DNA of 64,000 nucleotides from Octopus sinensis (GCF_006345805.1 NC_042997.1:155992001-156056000); one strand, 5' to 3'; shown: positions 41,501 to 54,055, counted from the first letter of the stretch. The notes: generated by a model from the sequence alone, not told the origin. Program-made: numbers and translations.

Positions 41501-42532
41501 TTTTGTCTTTCTGTTAGAATTCCATTCACATCTCGGATGTTCTATAGAAATATCAAATCAATCCAATACTTGAATGATACTTTATTTTATCTGTTACAGT
41601 AGAATGAAAAGCAATATTAACTTCACTGGAATTTGAACTCAGAGACGTAACTAAATAGCGAGTTTGTGTTTTGTTTGTTTTGATAGTTGTTGTTGTTTAG
41701 CAGACCGATGGCTAAAGAAATTCCAGCTTTTGACCAACCCATCTTTTATTCAAATACAGTGTATCTAGGACTAGTTTATCAAATGTTGTGTGTGTTGATG
41801 AAAATTTAGTTGCTATTTCTAGCGTGGAGGCTTTCTCGTTGATTATTCTTAAAGGTGGCAAGTTCGGATGAGATATGGTTTCGATTCCAGGTTCCAGAAA
41901 TTTCCTTTTACATATCGCCACATTCCATTTCTAAGTTTTGGTTTCTTATTTTTTATTTTTTTGTAAAATGTCTACTCCGAGTCCCCTCGAATTACTTTTA
42001 TAAGTAAAAACTTTCCTTCTTTTAATACTTGTACAATGAAGAAACACGCATCTTGATCGCATGTCCTTTAACAGAAAACTGTATCTACGTTAACAAAAAC
42101 AAAACAATATCCAACATAAAGCCGATGGAATACATCTACATGATTGCATGTTTCCTAAAATTTTGAGGAAGGTCTTACAAAATAACTTTCATATGATCAA
42201 ATAAAAAATCAAACCACGTGCTGGATTTTACGTTGTGCAGCACCAGGCCAACACTGATTCAGCTAACCTATATTCTAGACTCTAGATTATAGGTTGGCTA
42301 GATTCTAGAGCATTGCGATCAAGAAGCGAATCTTCATATCACAGTCCTTTAGATTATGAGTTCAAATCACACTGAGATCGAATTTGCCATTTATCCATAC
42401 GGGGTCGATACAGTGCCTCGAAAAAATACACATAGTATACTGTAGAATGTGAGACTGTGGCCAGCATGGAAAACGGACGTAAAAAAAATTGATGATGAAT
42501 AGGAGGAAGAGGACATATGTTTATTCGGTTAA

Positions 42533-43611
42533 CCTCCAGTGTTTGACCCCAGCAAAAAAAAAATTTTTTTAAATAGTGTAATAGGTGTAAAACAACATGT
42601 AGAAAAACGAATACGAAAAAACATGCGTGCTGGCAAACGGGGGTGGGGGAGAGGACTCGGAAAATTCACTTGCCCAAGGTGCGATGCAGTGGGACTGAAC
42701 CCGGAACCGTGTGGTTGGGAAGAATATCCATTTTCTCGAGGAAAAAAATCGGATTGTGTGAATTGTCCTGGTCCTCCACCCCTCCCGTTCGCCAGCAAGT
42801 GTCTTCAACTATAGCCTCGGGCTGACCAATTCATCCTGGAGGCCAAAGGTAGCATTTCAGAGGAAAAATTATCTATGCTATAAACAAAGAGGAAAACAAA
42901 AATTTGCACACAAAATTTTTACGATTCTGTCTTCTGCATAATGGTATTAACAGAAACAGTTGCAACGTAGATGTTTGTATACCATTCAAGAACACACACA
43001 CAAAACCATTAATTTCACTGCAACATTTAAATCTCATTTCAATCTCAATATTTTCGTCACTTTGAAACCGAAGTTTCGTCGCGGTTTCAAAGAACGAAAA
43101 TATTTAGACACAAATGAAATTTAAATGTTGTGCAAGTAACGGTTTTGTGTGTGTTCTTGAATGGCTTACAAACATCTACGCTGCAATTGTTTCTGTTTGA
43201 TATAATTACCATTATGCAGAAGACAGAATTGAAAAAATTTTGTGTGCAAATTTTTGTTTTCATCTTTGTTTATAGCATAGATAATTTTTCTTCTGAAATG
43301 TCATCTTTGGCCTCCAGGATGCATTTGTTGGCCCAAAGTTATAGTTGAAGACACTTGCTGGTGAACAGGGGCAAGGAAGGACCAGGACAATTCACACAAT
43401 CCAATTTTATCCCTCAAGAAAATGGATATTCTTCCCAACCACAAGGTTCTGGGTTAAGTCCCACTGCATGGCACCTTGGGCAAGTGAATTTTCCAAGACT
43501 TCACCCCCCATTTGCCAGCACGCATTATTTTTCATATTCATTTCTTACGTGTTGTTTTACACCTATTACACTATTTCCACCCCTATTTTTGCTCAGGTCA
43601 AACACTGGATG
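42533..43611. mobile_element. TTAA-flanked whole-length palindromic (foldback) element containing SINE fragments
   Basis: TTAA at 42529 and 43612; arms are reverse complements up to the inner stem CTTTGAAACCG/CGGTTTCAAAG with an 11-nt loop at ~43071-43081. Confidence 0.8.
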
Positions 43612-44569
43612 TTAACCATTTATTCTACCTCCTCAGTATAATAGTAGTAGGGAAACAAGAACTCATCAGCAAAAACGTGTTCTAATGGCCTGCAAGTCAG
43701 ATTAAGTACAAGGACATGTAGGCCAATAATCCCAACCAAAACGACAATCATGATTAGTTGAAATTAGCAAAATAAAAAAAAAAAATACATCACTGGAATC
43801 GAAAATTAAAATTATGCCAGCATAATTCTTGAATTGTCTTATATTATACTGGTATGTTCCACAGCATGAGCCACCTTACCCAACGGTAAGGCAAGTTACA
43901 TAGATTGGATCACAAAAATTAGTTTTAGAGGAATCTCTTTAGTTTTTGTTGAATGTTTGGTGAGTTTGTTGTAAAAATGAATATCTATAAAAAGATGTTG
44001 CAGTAGATTTATCTGTATAACCATATGTTGAAAATAAAATCTTTTGGGAAATGTGTTTCAACTAACTCCACCTTTCTCTGCATACAGACAGTTTAGGCTA
44101 GACAGAAGAAATTATTTAGTTAAACTTCTCCACAAGCCAAATTCTTGGAGCCCAAACTCTCTGTTTTATATTTGTTTGCAGCTTTTTTTAAATATATATA
44201 TATTACAAATAGATTTTTAAAAACTCAGAATGCTACAATTCTTATTTCTTCCTCTGCAAAAAATTTCAAAGTCTTATGCCTGTATTAGAAAAGAGCATTA
44301 TAGTTACTTAGAAATAATTAAATAGAAAAAACCAGAAATTACTGTTGCATTTTTAGTTGGAAATAAGTCATTTGTTAAAGTTGAGTGGTAAAATATCAAT
44401 GCCTGTATTTAGTTACATTCTGAGTTCAAATTCAATTAGCAATTGACCATGTTATGTTGTTCATCCCACACAGGTTGATAAAATTAAGTACAAATACTGG
44501 GCTAAGATCAAGTCAATGACTGCATCTTGCAAAACTTGTGGGTTTGTGTCTTAACATTTTTCAACATAC

Positions 44570-44808
44570 TCTCATTTACTCTTTTACTTGTTTCAGTCAT
44601 TTGACTGCGGCCATGCTGGAGCACTGCCTTTAATCGAGCAACTCGACCCCGGCACTTATTCTTTTGTAAGCCCAGTATTTATTCTATCGGTCTCTTTTGC
44701 CAAACTGCTAAGTAACGGGGACATAAACACACCAGCATCGGTTGTCAAGCAATGCTAGGGGGACAAACACAGACACACAAACACACACGCATATACATAT
44801 ATATATAT

Positions 44809-44862
<54 letters not shown>

Positions 44863-45026
44863 TACGACGGGCTTCTTTAGTTTCCTTCTACCAAATCCAC
44901 TCACAAGGCTTTGGTCAGCCTGAGGCTATAGTAGAAGACACTTGCCCAAGGTGCCATGCAGTGGGACTGAACCCAGAACCATGTGGTTGGTAAACAAGCT
45001 ACTTACCACACAGCCACTCCTGCGCT
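44570..45026 (-). mobile_element. SINE family A, full length, young
   Basis: Closely colinear with 11262-11703. Confidence 0.85.
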
Positions 45027-45289
45027 TATATACATGCTTTTTTTGACTTTAAGTATATGGAGATATTTAGATATAATTTTTTTCTGTGTAAGTGTTTGGG
45101 TTGGCCAAACAGTCTGTTCAGCTATTTGCTGACACTAAACTTCAAGCACTCTAATAAGAAGCTGACTTCAGTCTGCTCCTTGTGCATGCACATTTGACAT
45201 TTCATCATAGTTTGATGTGAACTTGCAGTGAAGTAGGTTTTATTTTGTGTGCGTAAGATCACCTTGAAAATTGGAGAATCAAAACTAGC

Positions 45290-45600
45290 ATCACTGACAT
45301 CTCATGCTTTTGTATTTTTAAAAAGGCAACTAAATGGCAGAAATCTGCAGGAAGATATGCATTGTGTATGGAGATGTTGTTGCAGAATGTGTGTGCCAGA
45401 AGTGGTTTACAAAATTCCAATCAGGAAATTTTTCTGTTCAAGATGCACCTCACTTTGGCCTGCCAGCTGAGATTAACAGGAACACCCCTACCCCATCCTT
45501 TATATGACTAGGATGATGGCAGATATTCTGCAAATATCCAAATTTTGTGTTGAAACCCATCTGCCCCAACACGGTTATGTCAGCAGGTTTGCTGTTTGCA
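45290..45600 (+). mobile_element. mariner transposase N-terminal remnant
   Basis: AEICRKICIVYGDVVAECVCQKWFTKFQSGNFSVQDAP HTH region; later degraded SHQLNEANL segment. Confidence 0.75.
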
Positions 45601-47529
45601 TCTCACATCAGTTGAATGAGGCTAACCTCACCCAATGGATTTTCATTGAGCTACTAGTTTGATGAGTTCCATCCGAATGGCTTACCTCACTATCTTAATC
45701 AATGAGGAAGAGTCTCTATGTTAGGGATATCAAATATTTAACACACAACAGTGTTTAATCTATCCTTCATAATCTGAATTTCTTGAAAAAAATTTAATCA
45801 TATTTTTAATTTAAGAATATTCTGTAATCTAGCTTGCATTCAGAGCCAGAGCCACTTAAGTGGAATCGTGACTAACATCAGTTCTGATTAATCAAATCAA
45901 TACACCTTGGGGAATCATTTATTTCAATTAATGAAAAAAATGCTTATGAACCCATATACTAAAAGATGTAGGCTGTTTCTCCTTCACTTTGTTTATATAT
46001 ACCAAGCCAAACAAGTTCCCCCACCTCACCCTAAATTTACACACGTTTTCATTTGAATAATATCAAAAGACTTTGCAGCTGAAACAGAGCATAATTTCTA
46101 TCAAGCAATGATTTTCTCAAGAATCCAGCCTGCAAAACTAAATGAATTTGACAACCCTGCTCTATGTGGTTGATCAACTACTAGAATAAACAACTGAATC
46201 TCCCTTAAATCAAGTCATAGCATTTTAAAAGAGGAAGGTCATATAAATAGATGTAAAATATCTAAAAATATATATTAAATGGTCACTGCTGAAATGTCAT
46301 TAACCAAAAGTCTGTCTGATCAGAGCGAACTTATATTAAATAACAACACCTTCCACCATATGATATGAAAGTTTAATTGGCAACCAGCCTTGATAGTGTC
46401 TTATTAACTTTAAGGCCCTCCAAAGTTGACTTTTATCATTGCTTGCTCGTGATATATTTCAATATAAGAAAACATTCAAATGACCCTCATTCACACAAAA
46501 GGCAATCTTTTTAACTCCACTAACCTATTGCCTTGATTTCCAACATCTCAAATCTAACAGTGACTGAATGAGTATTCCCATCATCATGGTTACATGATCT
46601 GCTAGAAATAGAACCTAGTCTCTCTCTAAATCATCTTCATATTCCCTTCAGGATATATAGGGTCAATGGACCCTGAGTTTTCTGCAACTTGATTTACTCT
46701 TGGAGTTGATTCCTTTTTCCTCTTTGCGTATGCTCATAAGCAGTGATGGTTTATGCTCCTGGTTGCTGACCCAGACACTCCACCCAGTTATATGCTGGTA
46801 TAGCTGTGGACACAGTAGTTAGTATCTTCTAGAAATATGCTTTAACAAAATCTAAGGAGTTCCTCACTGCCAGTGGTCATGCAACATGCTGGGTACTAAC
46901 CCCAAATTTCTGAGTTCCTGCACTAAACCTAATAGATTCCGTCAAACACCTTCTTCATCACTGTGAGTATCTCCCTCCTTATAGATGATCAGTATAGCGC
47001 CTTTAATCAGATTTATTTTATAATTCCTTTCTCACATTACACAGTACTGAGTAATGTAACACTTTGACAAAAGCAATGTTATTACATTAGACATCAACAA
47101 AGTCCTCTACTGTGTCTGGCATAAGAGCCTTCTAGCAAAGTTACCACAGCCTATCATCACTTAATTAAAGTACACATTAATTAATGTGTCCTTTTTATTG
47201 ATAGTAGATTGATGTAAGAAGATTTAGCTGTTATTTCTAGCAGGTTGAAGAACCTCATAGAAGATCTTTTTGTTGGCCCAGAAATTGTGCGTGTGTAGCT
47301 GAAATATTTTCTGGCCATTTATGTCAAGCTGGTTTGCTAAAATATCTCTCACAATGCTAAGTGCTATCTCTCCATCATTATACTATCTTTCCATCTTTCT
47401 CTGTAATTTTGGTAGGCTTGTGCCAAGAAAGTGACTTTACATGATCATTCGAGTTGCTAGAAATAGCACCCAAATTTTATCATCGTTATCATTATCATTT
47501 AGTATCAGTTTTCCATGCTGGCATGGTAG

Positions 47530-47757
47530 ATGCACGTGGCTTAGTGGTTAGGGTGTTGGACTCATGAGTATAAGATTGTGGTCTTGATTCCTGGACCAGG
47601 CGACATGTGTTCTTGAGCAAAGCACTTCATTTCACGTTGCTCCAGTTCACTCAGCTGGCAAAAATGAGTCCCATCTATGTGGGGAGTATATATGCCATGA
47701 AACCTGGAAACCAGCCCTTATGAGTTGGTATGACTTAAGGTAACTTTTACTTTACAT
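47530..47757 (+). mobile_element. SINE family E nested in a family-B copy
   Basis: tRNA-like head GTGGCTTAGTGGTTAGGG; GTGTTCTTGAGCAAAGCACTT...TTGCTCCAGTTCACTCAG; family-B sequence resumes after a CATGG-like duplication. Confidence 0.65.
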
Positions 47758-49424
47758 GGGTTAGACAGTTTGACTGGGATTGGTAAGCCAGAGAGCTGCA
47801 CCAGGCTCCAGCCTGAACAGGCTTGGTTTCTATGGCTGGATGCCTTTCCTAATGCCACCCACTTTATAGAGTGTACTAGGTGCTTTCTAAGTGGTATTGG
47901 CACTGGTATGAGTGCTTTCTGCTTGGAACTGGCATGGGTGCTTTTTATGTGGTACCAGCAAGTGAGTTTAAATCGTAACAATCAGAATTGTTAAATGAAT
48001 ATTTTGAAAAAAAATCTCAGAAGCATCATTACAATCAATTGTTTATTGATGAACATTATTATAACAACTTGTACTGATTATAACTCACTTTATAATAAAT
48101 TGATATTTTACTTCTGCATTTCAGAGAATTATCAGATGTGGATGAATTTTGCATTAAAACTATATATAATTTTCAAATAACTGTATTGGAATGATTGAAA
48201 TAGCAAGAGTATTTCTGATGGTTTTAAAATTTAAGAGACTATGTGAGGAAAATGGTGATATAGTATGAAAAAATGGTACCTGTGTTTTGAGTCCAGAGAA
48301 TACAAGTAATTCCTAAAGTTAGATTGATGAATTTGTCTGATGAGACAATTGATTAAAATTAAAATTTTAATCATTCTAAGTATTGAGATAATTCATCAAT
48401 TTGATTAAAGGAAAGATTGTAAAAAATATAAGTGAGGATATTTTGAGACGGTTATTTTTCTTTTCTAAAAGGATTTCTTTGAAGATCTTTGACTTCATAA
48501 TTAACAAAAAAATTTCTAATTTATTTGAGATTTAAAAAAAGAAAAATTATTCAGAACAGACTGCTCCTCGTGTACTTTACATGTCCTTCCCTGATGGCTA
48601 TGGTTGATGCACTTAATTAAGTGCAGCTTCAAAACTGCACTTAACACTTTGATAAGTTCTTTGTCTGGAGAGGAAGGATTCAGCAAGTATCAAGTGCAGG
48701 CTTCAAGAAGGTGACACATTAAGAATAATGAGAGGTGAAAAAGAAGTAGATGGATCAGGTGGGCTTGGTGGTGATAGCCATATAACTTGCCGGTTTAGTG
48801 GAGCAGAATCTATTAAAGTAGCTGAAAGAAATAAGTATGTCAGTGAACTAGTAGATGTTATGTAGTGATAAGTGAATCATTGCCAGTTGGCTGAACGGTC
48901 TTTTTTGTGGTCTTGGACAATGTTTCTCATAGGGAGAGGGATGAACATAAGGAGTGTAAAGTGGGACAAACAAAAGCAGAGAAAGGAAAGTATATTTTAT
49001 TGTACTTCCAATTTTAACATCATGGCAAAGAAAAAAAAAATTATAAGGATGCAAATGTTATATTATCTTCTCATTAATAAGGAGCAGAGGCACAAAATAA
49101 TCTTGCTAATATTTGGTGGAGTGGATTTGGTATTTGTCATTTTGAGAATCTCTGGTCTAAAGTGTTTCTGTTTGTCGTAGTAATTACACTGTTCTAAATA
49201 TGTGAGCAATACTTCAGCATGGGTTACATTTGAACTTCAGAGACAGCATCTGATTAGAATTAATGGAATGAGATAATTGGACCTTCATAATTTGACAAGG
49301 TAGACTAGGCATTCAACCTCTTTTGGCAACAGTACATTTGGTAATAACAGCAAACACACAGAAATATATACATATAGGTAAGGTGAGAGAGACATTGCAC
49401 ATACATACAAACATAAAACAACCC

Positions 49425-49863
49425 GCTGTGCTTACCTTGGATCGTAGGGTAACATGCTATGCTTGAGGAGACCTATTGAGTCAAGTACATCAACATCAAA
49501 ATAAATATCAAATGGAAATTGTAGTTGTGATACCTGTGCCAGTGGCACGTAAAAAGTACCATCTGAACATGGCCGATGCCAGCGCTGCCTTGACTGGCTT
49601 CTGTGCTGGTGGCATGTAAAAAGCACCAACCGATTGTGGCTGCTGCCAGCCTCCCCTGGCACCTGTGTCGGTGGCACATAAAAAGCACCCACTACACTCA
49701 CGGAGTGGTTGGCGTTAGGAAGGGCATCCAGCTGTAGAAACACTGCCAGATCAGACTGGAGCCTGGTGCAACCTCCTGGCTTCCCAGACCCCGGTCGAAC
49801 CATCCAACTCGTGCTAGCACAGAAAACGGATGTTAAATGATGATGATGATGATGATGATGATG
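49425..49863 (+). mobile_element. RTE 3' UTR-only copy
   Basis: Colinear with 61750-62160; ends in (ATG)n. Confidence 0.85.
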
Positions 49864-50550
49864 ATAACTGGATGCTCATGCACATAAACAAAGGGTGAGA
49901 ACAAGAGAAACATTAAACTGTGTGATGTCAAGTCAGCATTGAATCAATGAATCCAAAATGATGGTACCAAAATGGCCGTACCAAAACGTCTGATATCCTA
50001 GAACTGAAGTATTTTTTAGCTTTAGAGATGAAATCGAGTCTTTGGAGTTTGGTTTTGGCAATGTTACAAATGTGTGGTCTTTCCATGAAAATGGTTATTC
50101 AATTATAGCATGATAAGTTCAAGGGTATTAGCAGTGTGTTGTTTGTGTGAGGATAGTGAGGCACAAGACTGTTTTCTTGCTCCATGTAATGATCATGTCT
50201 TGGTACTGTTGAAGGATGGTTTCAATCTCTCTATGAAGGATTTATATGCAGTAAATGCCACTGAATTAAGAAAAAAAAGAACACTTGAACATTATACTGT
50301 ATAAGGATCTGGATAACCCTACAACACAGCAAAAAATACATACGATAAGCTGCTGTTTGAAAATCTAAGTTCTCAAATATGAAATGTAGAATGAAGGTTG
50401 CAACAGCATTAAAGGCAGTGCTCCATCATGGTTACAATCAATTAGCTACAATTAGTTAAATGATAAAAATGCAACAAAGATATTTAATTTATCAATCCAG
50501 GATTTTGATTAAACTGACCCTGTTAAGATTTGAACTGAGATATAAACTAC

Positions 50551-50748
50551 ATCATCATCTTTATTGTTCGACCATGGTCGAGACAATGGAATTTACTCTG
50601 CTACGCCAGACTTCACAGTCCATCATAGCATTACGGAGGTCCTGTTGCTAGATGCCTGTATCCCTAGAGATTACATCAGGGTAGGAGAGTGTGTGCCCTC
50701 TGGTATTGCGAGTAGATGGCCTCCAGAGAAGAAGAGTAGAAATCTACT
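50551..50748 (-). mobile_element. 198-bp RTE LINE 3' stub with 10-bp TSD
   Basis: TSD TATAAACTAC at 50541-50550 and 50749-50758; LLWRPSTRNTRGHTLSYPDVISRDTG...MMDCEVWRSRV; (GAT)n tail. Confidence 0.85.
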
Positions 50749-52245
50749 TATAAACTACAAGAGATATCAGAATTCAACCAGTGGTCAACCATTCTGATTT
50801 ATATTTGTTGTGTTGGACTTCTTTGAAGTGTATTCTGTTATTCACTGTAAACACTTTCCTGATATGTGTAACGATAGTGTCTTGGTACTGTTGAAGGATG
50901 TTTTCGATCTCTGTTTATGGAGTAGAATGAATGAAGAGTCTCGGTTGTGTGTGGAAGACAACTGAGTATGAAAGATGGCATCATCTATAGAGGCGTATGT
51001 AGTGTTAGAAGTGACAGCGGAGAAGCCATTAATTTACAGAAGACAAACATTGAGTTATCCTGATTAGCTCTGTTCAAACAAGCTTCTGTGATTAGTATTC
51101 TAGTTGAGACGTTGCATCTTTATTATGGGATGTCATATATTAATATTGAGAACTAAGAAGACATAGTCTCTATTTTAAAGACTGTGCAGAAGTTTTTTTT
51201 TTTGTAAGCAAACTTTACTGTTTAATTGAGCAAATTGAATAACTAGTTTAAAGCTCCCTTATTAGGTCATATAACTATAAAAATGTTTGGTATTTTCAAC
51301 AATGTTCATATTTTTATAACATAAAACCACTTGTGTTTGAGAGGATAAAATAAGAAAAACTATATATAAGTCAGTCGAAACATTAATAAAAAAGAATTAT
51401 AATTTTGCAATGAAAATAAGAAATATTTAATGGGATATTCTTGTAATGTATCATCTTCATCATGTTGTTAACATGATGGATAGAATTAGTTCCAGCAAAT
51501 ATATATATACATGTGTGTGTGTGTGTGAATGCATATATACATGTGTGTGTGTGTGTGAATGCATATATGCATGTGTATATATACATACATGCATACACAC
51601 ACACATTTATGTATTTGTTTTGCAAGATTCTTGATGTGAAATTGTGTGTTGAAATAGATATCGTTATTTTGAGGAATGGTCATCTTTTGCCATTAAACAC
51701 ACGCTCTATTTATTTAATCTTCACCTTAGCTTTATTATTTTTATTATTATTATTATTATTAGTTCTGGCAGAAACAGTAACATGCTGAGCGAAATGCTTA
51801 GCAGTATTTCGTCTGTATTTACATTCTGAGTTCAAATTCTGTTGAGGTTGACTTTGCCTTTCATCCTTTCAGGGCCAATAAATTAAGTACCAGTTGCATA
51901 CCAGGTCAATCTAATCAGCTGGCCCCCTCCCCTAAAATTTCGGGCCTTGTGCCTAGAGTAGAAAGATTATTATTATTAGTTGATTTGTCAGAGTTATTTT
52001 TGTCACATTCAGTGACCTCTACAACAACTTCTGCATCTTGTATCTCCTCTTCTCTCTAGTCTTGTCCTGCTTATTCCATTTTGTCTTTCTGTGGTATGCA
52101 CCCCTATCTGCATGTGTGTTTACATTTACGACGGTTCTGTGTGTCTCTGTGTGTTTTGTATGTGTATGTGTGTCTTGTGTGCATGTATATAAGTTTGTAT
52201 ATTACACTGTTTGTACCTGAATCTTTTTTTTTCTTAAGATATATA

Positions 52246-52629
52246 TCTCTCTATATATAAACGGCAGTTTGTCTGTGTGTGTTTCTGTGTGTCTGTTTTC
52301 TCGTACCCTCACCCTGACCACGGCTTTCAACCGATTCTGATGAAACTTGACACACACATAGCCCAATGTCATAATTCGAAACTAACGCAGCGAAAATTTT
52401 GAAAAGTTCCCCCAGTTCTGAAAAAAATCGATAAATTCGACATGGGGTCGAGAATCAGAAACACAAACTGCAAACTGTCTAGGGGACGCAACTCCACCTT
52501 TTTTTACTCTCAAAAGAAATTTACCATAATTTTTTTCCATTTTTTTGCTATCTTTTGGCTATAACTCTCTAAAAATGCTTTATAGTTATTTCCCTTACAA
52601 ACCTGAGCAACGCCGGGCGATACTGCTAG
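52246..52629 (+). mobile_element. Non-autonomous Helitron
   Basis: A|TC(TC)TCTATATATAAA 5' end; subterminal CGCC-G-GGCG hairpin at 52611-52619; CTAG|T 3' end; no TSD. Confidence 0.85.
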
Positions 52630-52689
52630 TATATATATATATATATATGAATAAATGTAAGCACCGGCAGAAACATACTTTTTACTCTT

Positions 52690-53235
52690 ACAAATAATTA
52701 CGATAGGCATTGTGCTTTGAACAATTAGCTTCAATAGTGAAATTCTTTCATAAGCCTTTGAACATTCTTAATCAACGTACCCTTCCCTTTCCACCCGTTC
52801 CCTACCTATCATTCCTTTAACCCTTCTCTTCCTACTATCTAACTTTGACGTCAAATCTTCTTACGTTTTTTTTAAAAAAATCACTTATTGTCGTTTTGTT
52901 TACCATGTAGGCAGTCATCGAAATTTTTGTTTGTCTTGTTGCCAAGAGAGGCTCCCTTTCTTTCCTGATGAGAAGATTGCATCATACACCCTTTATTCCT
53001 TTGGAATGTAACCATGTGGTCTTCGAAACATATGTCGAAAGTAAAGGAATTTTGTTAAAATCTTCGTTCGACTCCATTCTTTCATTTATTCATATATAAC
53101 ACACAAATTTCTGCAAATGAACCCAGAGTTTCTACCCTTGGACAGGTCGCTTCAACCGTGTTTCTGACGCGAATTTGCTACCCTGGTATCGGTTCAACGA
53201 ATTTTCCATGCTGACAATAGACATAGGATAATTCA
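52690..53235 (+). mobile_element. Penelope-like (PLE) terminal-repeat / retrozyme-like remnant
   Basis: CpG-retaining non-coding block carrying the hammerhead. Class inferred from the known link between type I hammerheads and PLE repeats; no RT or GIY-YIG ORF seen. Confidence 0.4.
52955..53047 (+). ncRNA. Type I hammerhead ribozyme motif
   Basis: Stem I CCTTTCTTTC / GAAAG-T-AAAGG (10 bp, one bulge); core CTGATGA 52965-52971; stem II GAAGATTGCAT / ATGTGGTCTTC (11 bp with 3 G:U); GAAA 53025-53028; palindromic stem III ACATATGT; GUC cleavage triplet ending at 53036. Confidence 0.8.
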
Positions 53236-53866
53236 TTCACCTATTGAAATATATATATATATATAATATATATATATTATTTTATTGACCCAAAAGGATG
53301 AAAGACAAAGTTGATCACAGCAGAATTTGAACTCACAACGTAAAGATGGACAGAATTCTGCTAAGTACCTTAAGTAGCATGCTAATGATTCTGCTAGCTT
53401 GGCGGCATTTTCTCTATCAATATTACCCTGTGGAAAACAGAAAGGGTTTGTATACAGTAAATGCCACCAAATTAAAAAAAAACCCACTTAGACATTATAC
53501 TGCATACAGATCTGGATAGTCCTTATAACACAGCAAAAAATATACACAATAAGGTACTGTTTGAAAATCTTTTAATTCCCAAATATGAAATGCAGAATGA
53601 AGGTTGCAACGGTCTTAATGACAGTGCTCCATCATGATAACAGTCTGTTAGGCACAACTAGTAAAATAATAAAAAGGCAACAAAGATATTTAATTTATTA
53701 ATCCAGGATTTTGATTAAACTGACCCCACTAAGATTTGAACTGAGATATAAGCTACAAGATATATCAGAATTCAATCAGTGGTTCATCATTCTGATTTAT
53801 ATAAATTGTGTTGGACTTCATGGAAGTGTATTCAGTTACTCATTGTAAGCATTTAATTTTATAATT

Positions 53867-54055
53867 CATATTGGTTTCAGACCTTGGCATAAGGCCAGCA
53901 ATTTCAGGGGAGAGGAAAGTTGATTACATTGACCCCAGCGCTCAGCTGGTACTTATTTTATCAACCCTAAAAGGATGAAAGGCAAAATTGACTGTAGTGG
54001 AAATTGAACTCAGAACATATGCCCAGCGTGCTAGTGATTCTGTCAGCACACCACC
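53867..54055 (-). mobile_element. SINE family D
   Basis: TSD TTAATTTTAT(A/G)ATT; family-D core. Confidence 0.75.

Larger units (their letters stand above)
33250..43200. promoter_or_regulatory. CpG-retaining (putatively unmethylated) promoter domain
   Basis: Hand counts: 24 CpG in 34021-35040, against 1 in 20041-21060 and 4 in 48001-49020. Contains the ZMYND19-like start exon. Confidence 0.6.
50290..53850 (+). repeat. Diverged direct repeat pair (50290-50850 and 53491-53850)
   Basis: About 330-350 bp shared at roughly 80% identity; copy 1 carries the RTE stub, copy 2 has the empty site. Confidence 0.8.

Noticed and set aside
42529-43641. Apparently paralogous ORF pairs (42529-42798 minus and 43355-43615 plus)
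   Set aside because: They are the two arms of the palindrome and include SINE sequence; similarity is not evidence of coding.
47172-48625. Perfect 18-bp palindromes centred on TTAATTAA (47172-47189, 48608-48625)
   Set aside because: Short, AT-rich and within old repeat-like sequence; no evidence of function.
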